Shown one piece after another: positions 20,388 to 31,082 of a DNA stretch of 32,000 nt. A program made the translations under genes and the position numbers. The stretch is from Zygophlyctis sp. KS116. Lineage: Eukaryota > Fungi > Chytridiomycota. Numbering within the stretch: the first letter of the stretch is position 1; each line of letters starts with the position of its first letter. Where the stretch lies: the NCBI GenBank assembly GCA_054661495.1, contig BAAFSQ010000059.1, forward strand, positions 16,674 through 48,673. The letters run 5' to 3'. The notes under the pieces are model-generated. The model was not told where the DNA came from and did not search any database. It worked only from the letters and a program-made list of their open reading frames with translations.

Positions 20388-23300
20388 ATGTCTGATCAAC
20401 CTTCCTATGCCGATGATAATCCAATTTTATCTGATAATGCTAATTCAGTAGATTTCCAAGGATTGTCCGAAAATCAAGGAATAACCGAACCAAATCTTGC
20501 TGACAGACTAAAGAATCTTCCGCCTCTACCAGTTGCGGAACCCGTTGCTGCTGTGGAGCAATCAGAAGTGGATGATTCAAAAATATTGATTGGTATTCCT
20601 CCTAAATCTGGAGCAATTAATAACTCTCAGTTAGAGCTAATTGAGGACATTTCAACGCCGATGGACAGAGATCGTTTGTCCGACTATACTGAAAGGTCAA
20701 ACATTAATTCTGCTTTTGAATTTACCAATGAAATTATTCAAGATGAGCCCTCTCAAAGAATAGCAAATGATCCTAATAATTTAGACGAAGATTATTCATT
20801 GATGGATGCAAATCATGTATGTTTTAGCCAAAATTTAATTGAAAGCCATTGATGAAGCGAGTCCAAGATGCTCTCAAGACTCAATTGTCAGAACACTACG
20901 AAAAGCTATCGCTTGAAATTCGTGACAAGGAAGAGGCAGCAAAGAAGATCACAAAACAAAGAGAGCAAATTGGTATTGAATTGTATACTGTTCAAGAGCA
21001 GCTAGCTCGATTACAGGCCACTCTTGAAGGGGCAGAAGATAATTACGGAGTTATCAGAAATTTGCGAGAAGAAGCAGAAAGAGCGAGAAAGCATTATTCC
21101 GAACAATATAATCTCAAACAAGAGAAACTAAAAAATCAAACAAAAAATAGTAATGATATCTTGAAATGATATAATAGTGGAAAATCACAAACAGGAACTT
21201 GAAAAAATTTCACGATCGATTAAGCAAGTTGATGTTTATAGCGAAGAACTCAAGTCCAAAATTATGGTTGCTAAAAGAACTACTTTAAAGGCAGAAGATG
21301 ATCTAGTTCATCAAGAAACGGAAAAACGTAGGCAGGTAAGACTTTTTAAGACTTATTGGATAGGATTACTTTATTGATCGCTTAACTGAGCAATTGCGCA
21401 GACTCCAAGAAAAAAGGGCCCTATATGAGACACAATTGAATGCCCAGCAAAAAGAAACTCAGGCTGCTCAGCAAACTCTTCATGATGCTGCTACTGAAAT
21501 GGAGGTAAATTGAGTAAAAATATTAAACATAGGCGATTCAATTCGAAAAGAGACAACTTTTACAGCAATGGAGAAGTTCTGTGATCGGTCTGCAGAGAAG
21601 AGACGAAGTTATACACCAAGTTCAGTCTGGAATATCGTAATATCTATCCGTTTTAAAAGATAGTAAAAATGAAGAAACAATTTCTTCTATTGACTGTGAA
21701 TTATCAGGATTCCAAAGATCTCTTCGAAAATCTCAAGAAGAGTCAGAGACTCTTTTAGGAATTTTAAACAAATTGGAAAGTGAAATTGAGCATGTTAAGA
21801 AGCAAACAATGATATTAAATGATCAAAAGGATAAATTAAGAGAATCCTACCAAATGTATTCAAAGAGTCTTGAGCAAACCGAAAAGGAATTGCAAAATGT
21901 TATGGAAGAAAGAAATGCCGTTTTGTCAGAAATCAATGCTTCAATGAAGATGCAACAAAAATTAACACACAAGAATCAGAATCTTGAAAATGAAATATCT
22001 GAATGCCTTCAGCAACAACTATCTGCTGAAAAGGGAGCTCAGAATTGGAAAAAAACCGGCTTGCGTCTGCGTAACATCATCCATGAAAAAGAAAACAGTA
22101 TCGCAACAACGGAAAACGAAGTCTCTCGTACCAGATTGGAAATTTTGACGTATTCAGACAAACTTGAATCCATAAAAATGGAAAATCAGCGAATTCAAAA
22201 CGAATGTTCGTTGAAGCTTCAGTTGATTGAAAAATACGATCTAGAATTCAAAAGAGGGCAAGATAATCTTTCAAAAAAATCAACAGAGTTGGATATATTG
22301 AATAAGAAATTAAAACAGCTAATTGATGGCGAGACAGATGAAAACAATTCTGGACCATTAGAGGCAACTATAAGAAATTTGACCAATTCAATTAAAGCAA
22401 AAGAGAATGAATGCAACCAGCTATCACAATATTGGCTAAGATCTCAAAATGAGTTGGTAAACTTGACAAAAGAAATTGCAGATTTTGTTGAAGAAACGCA
22501 AGATTTAAAAATGAAACATACGGTTTTATCTCGAAAGAAAATGATTGTAAACAGTAATTTATATCTTGATAATTACATTAGGTTCATTTGAATCAGAAGA
22601 AAAGCAAATTAAAGAATATCAATCCAATATCAGAAAACTTCAAAATGATATGGTCAAGATTAATATTTTACTGTCAAAGCAATCATCAATTCAATCTCAA
22701 TTGGAAGAAAATAATTTAGAACTAGAGCAAGAATTTAGAGCAAAACTAAAGGTTTTTTAAATTGATCAATTGATAATTAGACTGCAGAATTAGAATCTGT
22801 ACGCCTAGAGCAAAAAATTGAAGAAGTTAAGACTGATCGAGAAAAAGCATTGATAGGACTCATTGAATCAGAGTAATTATTTTGTATTAATCATAGACGG
22901 CAAATTATGTTATGGGAGAAAAAGATTCAATTAGCAAAAGAAACCCATGCAGCATTGGATGTTAATGCTGGATCAACAGAGGTCAAAGAAATGTCTCTAG
23001 AAATACATCGAATGAATCTCAGACTAGCCTCGATGTATAAATTACAAGAGAAAATGATTGCTGAAATGGAAAAAGCGGTTTTTAGACGGGATTCTATTGC
23101 AACTAAAGGGAAATTAAGAGGAAAACATCAAGGTCCTGGCAGTTTACAAAAAGCAATTGCAGATTTAAAAAAGAATATTAAAACAACTATTTCGGATATT
23201 CAAGAATGCGAAAACGGTAAATTACAAGAATTCATATCAAGATGTACAATCTTTAGAAAACTCTAGAGATGATATTCAATCCCAAATTGAAGAAGCAAAA

Positions 23301-23702
23301 TCATCTTTTATTACGCTGGAAGAAAAGGAAAAAGAGCTTGAGCAGACTTTACAAAATCAATTATTTAGAAAAGATCTTGTAAGTTTTAAATTTATAATAT
23401 TAGAGTTTAACTGAAACACTTCTTCACCAAAAACACCAAAGACGATACCGTGATTTACAACAAGGGAAATATGCTGCCTTGAGTCTTGAAGAAGAAGGTA
23501 GAATGCAAGAATACAATAAAGCAAATCAAAAATTAAAAAAAATTGAATTGCTCATGGACAAAATTCAAGTAAATTTCAAAATTTAATTATTTAGGCTGAA
23601 ACTGATGATAAATTACAGACTGAATTAAATGCATTAAAGAGCATGTTAAAATCTGGGTTTAAGGAAATTCAATCTAGCATTAACAGTGATTTGACAGCTT
23701 AA
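20388..23702 (+). CDS. CCDC40: Coiled-coil domain-containing protein 40 (axonemal 96-nm ruler subunit)
   Basis: LMDANHPLMKRVQDAL, REQIGIELYTVQEQLARLQ, GPLEATI...QYWLRSQNELV, QIMLWEKKIQLAKE, EIHRMNLRL. Introns 20817-20845, 21150-21177, 21336-21363, 21505-21532, 21637-21663, 22554-22581, 22752-22780, 22873-22896, 23217-23241, 23379-23403, 23569-23594. Stop 23700-23702. Confidence 0.9.
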
Positions 23703-23792
23703 CAAGCCGCTTGCCGTGGAATTCCCACACCTGTCAATGTCAAATAAACCTTTTATAGATCAGTTGATTCTTGACATTTAAAAAAACTAAAA

Positions 23793-24858
23793 ATGGCTGA
23801 TAAAAGCGATAAGGGAAGTAAAAAGACTGACAATGGAAAAAAGAATCAAACTGATGTCCGAACGAGTCTGACTGATTCTTCTACCTTTTCTTATGAGGTT
23901 CCTATTCCTGGTGCTACTCCAGAGACTATTAAAATGTCATCTGCAACTGGGACGACTCAAAGATCTTGGGGACAAGAGCATGTCCAACAATCCATTGTTC
24001 ATCTCGAACAAATTGTAATTTCTTAATCTAAATTTCTAATATTCAGTTGAGAGAAATTGTATTTGAATTTATCAGAGAATGCCATTATCAGGAAATAGAT
24101 TATGAAGCAAATCTCTTTCAAAGACTTTCAATGATTGATCCAAATATATCATCATGGGTAAAACTTCCTGTAAAGAATATATCAATGATGGAATCAATTC
24201 CCTTGTTAGCGGAAGATATGATTACTCGTCTACAATCTTCAAATTGGATGGGGATGGATGATCGACAGGAACTATTAAAGACTGTCATGGTTCAAATAAA
24301 AGGGATCTCTATGCCATGTTTGGACATGCTTATACAAGAGTCTCAAAGATTGGATTCTCTTGATTTCGTAAAGACTAAACAGTCTAAATTACTGCGATTG
24401 AGTGATTTTGTTGTGAAAATTCGAGGAATGATGCAGCAATGGTAATTTATTAATAATAATTTTAGGATTGATGTCTCTGTTCCTGGATTTATGGGTGGAG
24501 TACAGGGGGCTAGTGTGATCCCTCATCCTTCAGTTGATCTTTTAGATTCCCAAATGCACTTGATTGCGCGAGTAGCAATTCCCGGACTCAAGAATGAACA
24601 AGTTTTTGTATCAATCTTGAATCAAGGGAATCAATTAGAAATTTCTGGTGAATCTCCTCTTCTTATGGAAAAGCCATTTCAAAATGAAGTAAATATTTTA
24701 TAAATTTAAAAATATAGATTCCATTTGGTAAATTCAAGAGATTGATAAAATTACCATTCAAGGTAGAAGAAAAGTCTTATGATGCATCTGTAAACCTTGG
24801 TATTTTGACGATAAAAATGAAAAAGGCTGGATGTACAAAAGTTGATATTGGAGTTTGA
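23793..24858 (+). CDS. Protein with a C-terminal Hsp20/alpha-crystallin domain and a long N-terminal extension
   Basis: PSVDLLDS.MHLIARVAIPGLKNEQVFVSI...LEISGE...EIPFGKFKRLIKLP...ASVNLGILTIKMKK. Introns 24015-24046, 24442-24465, 24689-24717. Confidence 0.7.
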
Positions 24859-24863
24859 ATGAC

Positions 24864-25679
24864 TTAAAAACTTGCTGCTGATCTATTAAACGTCCCTTTA
24901 ACTAGGAAATTTTGAGAATTTCCATCATCAATAACCTGTCCTTTTTCATCCTTTTTAACAAATATTGATTCCAATACTGCAGTTTTAGAATTCGGACCCA
25001 TTCCAAAAGGTAAATCCTTACCTGATAAATTTGGAAGAGACATATTGATTTTTTTACTAGAATTATCCTTTTTCTTGATTGGTTCTTGTGAATCTCCCTT
25101 TCTTTTTTTAGACTTGCCTTGTCTTGCATGAATTTTATCTAATAAATTTTGAATTTCTAATGAATCTGTTGTATAAATTGGAACTAGAGAGTCAATTTTA
25201 TACTCTTTTCCACAAACTAAACAGTTTGATTCCTTTACATTTTGAATTGCCAGTTCGGACACTACACAACCACAAGGAGGAAAAATAAATTTAAAAGTTC
25301 CATTCATTTCCTTTTGAGTGATTGGGCACATAAAAGGACTACATTTCAATGCACCTTCTTTAGCTGTTGAAGACGATAATAATGTAGAATTATCTTTAGA
25401 ATTGAAGAGAGGATTTGCAGTTAATTTAAGATTTGTAAAGTCCTTTATACTTTTAATATTTTCCAATTCCATTTCTCTATCTCCCATGAGCCATTCAAGA
25501 ACTGCTTCCTTGTTAAAGAGTCTTCCAAGACCATCGGACACAATTGGAGTTTTTAAAGCGACTTGAGAAAGAAAACAAGTTTGAAATTTATCTTGTGAGT
25601 CCGAACCTCCCTTTGCTGCCTTCTTTTTAGTCTTTACCATTTCAGCTCTCTTTGGAATTGATCCACCGTCGCAGCCCAT
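24864..25679 (-). CDS. RTF2: Replication termination factor 2 (RING-like)
   Basis: Diagnostic start MGCDGGSIPKRAEMVK; CFLSQ..L..PIVSDGLGRLFNKEAVLEWL; FMCPIT.KEMNG..KF....PCGCVVSE. Confidence 0.93.
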   Translation of the reverse strand: MGCDGGSIPKRAEMVKTKKKAAKGGSDSQDKFQTCFLSQVALKTPIVSDGLGRLFNKEAVLEWLMGDREMELENIKSIKDFTNLKLTANPLFNSKDNSTLLSSSTAKEGALKCSPFMCPITQKEMNGTFKFIFPPCGCVVSELAIQNVKESNCLVCGKEYKIDSLVPIYTTDSLEIQNLLDKIHARQGKSKKRKGDSQEPIKKKDNSSKKINMSLPNLSGKDLPFGMGPNSKTAVLESIFVKKDEKGQVIDDGNSQNFLVKGTFNRSAASF

Positions 25680-25827
25680 TTTTCTAAAATATTTGAAACT
25701 TTGTTAAAACGCAACCTTCTGCAACACTTCCCACCCATGCAACAAACTCTCACCCACCCAGCCAACACTTACGGTCAACCCACATATTCAACAAACAATT
25801 TATAAAACATTTCCAAAATCATAAATC

Positions 25828-26967
25828 TTAAACAGTCCTCTTCACTCTTTCAGGCTTTTCCTTTTTGATATTCTTAAATACACTTGATAATTTGATAGAT
25901 TCATTCTTGGATTTAATTTCAACTGGACTCTTGAGTGGAGACTCTCCCTTCTTCTTATCAAAAGTAACTAGACCTTTTTGTAAAAGATCACAAGCTACAT
26001 CACATTTTCCTTTTATCCAGTGTGTAAAAATTCCATCCCATTCCTTTCCTAAAGATACATCATTAATAAGTACTACTACTCCATGTGTAGCAATTACAGT
26101 TTTAGCTGCAGATTTAACCATGGCTCTTATTCCTGAAACTTTAAGAGAAGTTCCCAAAACTAGTAAAATATTTGGTTTTTTTAATAAATCAGTTTGAATG
26201 TATGAAGCAATCTCATCTCCTAAACTTTAATTTTAACAATAGTACCTTTATCATGATGTTCATTATATAATACTACATCTGGTCTTAATGAACCTACAGA
26301 TATTGCTCTTTTTCCTAGAGCAGATCTTACTTGTGCTTTTGAATCACAAGAAGGACAGGGAGGTGGAACTCCCTTTTTAAAATATATTTCTACATGTTCT
26401 TGAATTAATGGAAGTCTATTTGAGCATAGAGTACACTTTACAGACTGTAAATTTCCATGTAATTGAATAATTTTACAAGTTTTCTTTGATTCCTTGTTTT
26501 CTTTATCTTTAACTAGAGCCCTTTCTTCCAGACCATCAATATTTTGTGTATACCATCTTAATAATGACCCTCTTTTTTCCAAATAACTTATAAAACCATG
26601 AGTTTTAGTTAGTCTAGCTTTACTACTAAGTGCCGATAACTCCCCCATAAAAGTATAAAATATTTTAGTTGACTCTGGATTTCTAAATAATGATGCATCA
26701 AACAAATCCTTTCCTTTTAATACAACGCAAGGATATCTCTTCTTGACAAGATTGTAGAGACCTTTTTCAGATCTAAAATCCTAATTCTTAGTTTTTCTTT
26801 AATACCGGAATTCCAGCGTCTACGCTTATTCCAGCACCAGTTACGACGAGAGTTTTTTTAGACTTTTGCATTTTGACTAGCAATGCATGCCAAGAAAAGA
26901 CATTCATATCATTTGCAAGAGTAAAAGGATTAAGGTTGGAAGGCTCGACCGGAGTCAAATGAATCAT
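25828..26967 (-). CDS. Sirtuin (NAD-dependent deacetylase), Hst3/Hst4-like
   Basis: VVTGAGISVDAGIPDFRS (across intron 26781-26805), KGKDLFDASLF, RWYTQNIDGLE, QLHG, two CxxC, LRPDVVLYNE, LGTSLKV (after intron 26220-26245). ATG at 26967. Confidence 0.88.
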
Positions 26968-26980
26968 TTCAGTGGATTTC

Positions 26981-27037
26981 TCGTGTTTTGGTTGTCGTGT
27001 TTCGTGGTTTTCGTGTTTTGTTGGTTCGTGATTCGTG
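26981..27037 (-). promoter_or_regulatory. Cluster of six CACGA cores including two perfect SCB-like CACGAAA
   Basis: TCGTG on the + strand at 26981, 26995, 27002, 27011, 27026 and 27033; TTTCGTG at 27000-27006 and 27009-27015. Lies 14-70 nt upstream of the sirtuin ATG. Confidence 0.5.
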
Positions 27038-27117
27038 GTCTCGGGAATTGATTTCTGCCTGAATACCTTTCGGTTGTTTTTGTGTTTTTTTTTGATTTTT
27101 GTGAATATAACCTAGTG

Positions 27118-27153
27118 TGACTCTTACGTGACTACTAATAATGACTCTTACGT
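27118..27153. repeat. 12-bp direct repeat TGACTCTTACGT x2 (bZIP-like half-sites)
   Basis: Copies at 27118-27129 and 27142-27153; the second extends into the palindrome TTACGTAA. Confidence 0.6.
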
Positions 27154-27188
27154 AATGACATTGACCCAGGGCTATGGTGAGAGGTTAA

Positions 27189-28241
27189 ATGTTGTTGGAA
27201 TCTCCAGTGTCTGTTCCCAAAAGTACAATTAGAAAAGTACAAGTCCGACAACAAAAATGTCTTTCAAGTTGGAATTTAGTGTTTCCAATAGTAGCGCTTG
27301 TTGATAAAAATGCATTTTTATTTTTGAGATTTATGAATGGATCTTGGTTCCCATTTTCAAATTCTGGACTGGGACATGAAAAACAATGTTTGGTGAATTG
27401 TTTAGCATGGAGACCTGCATCAGGTGCTACAATCGCATTAGGAACTAGTAATGGTATTATTATCTGGAGATTTTCAGTCTTGAATGGAAATATTCAATTT
27501 GCTAAACATTTACCTTGTGCAATGGTACTATCCACTCAAAATTCTAATAATATTTCTACTCTAACTTGGTCGCCGGATGGAAAATGGCTTTTAGCAGGCT
27601 TGAAAAATCTATCAGGACTTATACTTTGGGATGTCTCTTTGGGAAAATATGAATTATTAGGTCCTTTTACTGCATTAGAATCTATAGGAATATTTAGGAA
27701 AACTACTCTTAAATGTGTTTGGTCAGATGATGGAGATTATATTTTGCAAATACTAGTGGATGGTGGATTTAGAATTTGGTATTTTTTACTATTGTTAAAT
27801 TTATAGGGAAACTGAAAGTTGGACTTCTCTTTACTATACTACTAGTTCTGCAGTAAAGGTATATTCTTCAAAATTTTAATGATAAAGGATGCTGTATTTA
27901 TAAAAGACTCTAAAACGGTTTTACTGTTGATGCAAGATTGGATTAGATTTTTTAGTATTGCTTCAGAACCGACAGCAATAGAATTACTAAATGCTCCTTG
28001 TTCAGTAAAGATCAAGAATGATCCTATTGGTTGTAGATTACATGGTTCTAATCTATTGATAATATATGAGTCAAGTTTGGAGTATGCATCAATTAGTTTA
28101 GAACCTCTTCCAAAAGTTACTATTAGGAGTGTAATTCAGGATATTGAAAAGGAGTGGATTGATGTTGGTTTTGTAAATACTCAAAGTGATACTATATATT
28201 ATCAGTTTTCTGACGGTTCAATTTTACTCAAATCTTTGTAA
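27189..28241 (+). CDS. AAAS: Aladin-like WD40 nucleoporin
   Basis: HEKQCLVNCLAWRPASGATIALGTSNGIIIW, ISTLTWSPDGKWL, and FRIWETESWTS across intron 27779-27806. Second intron 27859-27887. Start codon uncertain. Confidence 0.65.
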
Positions 28242-28253
28242 TTTGCGTGTTCA

Positions 28254-29623
28254 ATGGAATCGCGTTGGATTGTTGTTCTCTTGGCGTCTGGTTTACTCTT
28301 TGGAAGTACAAAACATTAAGCTTAAAAATAGATTATTATGCCTATGATCTTCCTGCAGCTCTAAACATTCCCTTGCAAGAGTTTTTAAATACATCCACTA
28401 ATGAATGGAATTATCACTTGAACCTGTTTTATGCGCTTTATTCGTTCCCAAACATATTTCTACCGCTTATATCAGGAATACTCATGGACAAGTTTGGCAT
28501 TCATAGTTTCTTATTCGGTCTTAGCATTGCTGTAGTGTTTGGTCAATTTCTATTCTCAATTGGAGTTTCTCTAAAAACATACTGGATCATGCATTTGGGA
28601 AGATTTATTTTTGGAGTTGGGGGAGAATCCCTCTCTGTTGCTCAGGCTAGAATTACTACCAGGTGGTTTGAGGGGAAAGAACTTGCACTTGCATTGGGAT
28701 TAAATCTAGCGATCGGACGGCTAGGAAGTGTATTAAATGATCTTCTAAGTCCTTATCTAGCATATACATTGGGAATGAATTCTGCTATTTGGTTTGGGAC
28801 GGTAACATGCATTATATCATTTGGGTGTTGTCAGACTTTGGTTGTCATGGACAAAAAGTTTGTCAAAATAGCAAAATCAGAGGAGAATATTGACTTGACT
28901 GGTACAAATACAAATACAAATACACTTCAATCAAGTATGAAATTATCTCAGTTGGCATTATTACCTAATTCTTTTTGGCTAATTTGTTTAATCACTTGTC
29001 TTTATTATGCTGCAGATATTCCTTTCAACGCAATACATTCGTCATTTCTTCAAACTAAATGGTATAAAGGTGATCCCCAAACAGCTTCCCAAATAATGGC
29101 TATTCCAGATACTCTTTCAGCCGTATTTGTTCCTGCAGTTGGTGTTTTTGTTGATAAATACGGTCATAGATGTAAATTGTCTATTTTATGTGGTTTGATG
29201 ATGGCATTCATTCATTTTTATTTTGCATTTGCAACTGCAGCTAGTCCATCACCAATTCCTTTCTTGATTGGTCTTGGATTTTCATACGCTATGCTATTGA
29301 TATTTTGGCCAAGTATTCCCCTAATTGTTCCAGAACAAAAACTATCGACAGCTTTTGGTTTTCAAGCATCTGCTCTCAACGGATCTTTGGCTATTGTTCC
29401 TATTTTTGTGGCTATGCTATTAAATGCCGATCCTACGTATACTTTAGTAGAACTGTTTTTTTGCTTTACTTGCGTTTTGGGGATCATTTTATCTATAGTC
29501 TTATATAGGTTAGATTATCAGAATGGTGGAATATTAGAAAAACCTCAAAAAGTTTCAACATCTCCCGCTTATACTATATTACAAGAAGAATCACTTGAAT
29601 TAACAGAATTTGATGAAATTTAG
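28254..29623 (+). CDS. MFSD1: MFSD1-like lysosomal/vacuolar MFS transporter
   Basis: ATG 28254 plus intron 28306-28331 gives MESRWIVVLLASGLLFGNYYAYDLPAAL. Also YALYSFPNIFLP, GRFIFGVGGESLSVAQ, WFEGKELALALG. Confidence 0.85.
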
Positions 29624-29704
29624 TTGATCATAAAAACGTTAGATAGAATTAATCTTATTCAAGTTTCTTTCAGGGAGTTGAACGTCCCAAACCCACGTAT
29701 TATT

Positions 29705-31073
29705 ATGTCAACGGTGACTTCTGAAGAGATTTTTCCGCCTGCAATCGTTCTTGACTCTGTTGAGCCTCCATTTCCTTCAGCTCACAAGTTAAAAGGTAAA
29801 GGACCCCTGCTGGGCGCTATTGATCGCAACCGATTGTATCTAAGTCAGTTATCTGGTTTCAGGGCCAAACGATCTATTTCATATTTTGATCGCAGAGTGA
29901 CTTGTATTGAATGGCATCCGTCTAATGATCATCCAACTGTAATGGCTCTTGGATCCAAAGGTGGAGATATATGCTGGTTTGATTTGTCTAAAAATCCTGA
30001 ACTTAAAAGTTACGGACAAGATGTAAAGGAAGATCCACATACAAAACTCCCATACATTTACGGACAAGGAGCTGGAGGATCTATTACTGCAATGAAATTT
30101 AATCCGTTTGATGCAACAATGATTTTTACAACATCAATAGATGGAACAGTCAAACAACAGGATTTTGAAGGAAAGAAAAGTACAGTGTATTTAGACACTC
30201 TTAACAAGGAAAAATGGTTTACTGCGCTTGATGTTTCTGCTACACGAAGAATTATGGTGATTGGGAGTAATTCTGGGCAAATTATTATCAAAGACTTTGA
30301 TGGGAAAGGTAATTATAATCACTTCTTAGGATAAAGATGTTTTTTCTGGTAAGTTTCACAAATCCAAATGTCACGATCTTGAATTTCATCCAACAGATGA
30401 TCACTTATTTGCTAGTGCAGGGCATGATAAGGTAGTTTTAAGTGATTTATTGTAGATTGTCAAATTGTTTGATATTAGAATGATGAATCAGTCGGATAAA
30501 AACTGTAATATTGGGACAATTGTTCATGATGGTGTACTAAACTCTGCAACTTTTTCCAAAATAGCGCCATTTCATTTACTTACAACATCTCAGAATAGCA
30601 AATGTAATGTGTTTGATATCAAAAGTCAAAATTACGCAAATCCAATTGTTTCTCTCTCACATCCTCATCGTCCTTTCCAGCATCTTACTCCAATCGTTGC
30701 AAACTGGCACCCAGTTGTTCCTAATACCTTTGTAATTGGAAGATATCCGCAAAAAGATATTGATAGACGTACAATCGATGTATATCAGATGAGTGGAAGC
30801 AATATTCGTTGTGTTGCCAAGCTAGAAGATTCTCGTGTCAGTGGAATTCAATGTGTAAGATTATCTATATAAACTTTCAAGATTAGTAAATTCAATAAAA
30901 CTGGAGAAATATTATCTACTTGCTCTGGATTCACTACATTCCTTTGGGATCCATTAGATACGGAATTTATCGAAGGCCCCTCAAGAAAAAGAGAAAATAC
31001 TTCAAATTCTTCTTCAAAACCCACTAAAAAAATTAATTCAAGTAGCAGCTCTAATTCAAAAAAGAAGGCATAA
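29705..31073 (+). CDS. DDB2: DNA damage-binding protein 2 (XPE, UV-DDB WD40 subunit)
   Basis: FDRRVTCIEWHP..HPT..ALGSKGGDI, GAGGSITAMKFNP, HPHRPFQHLTPIVANWHP, VIGRYP, RTIDV. Introns 30309-30336, 30432-30455, 30855-30881. First ATG 29705. Confidence 0.9.
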
Positions 31074-31082
31074 GCTGATAAA

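Noticed and set aside
28903-28924. (TACAAA)3 microsatellite
   Set aside because: In-frame TNTNTNT in the MFSD1 central loop; ordinary slippage.
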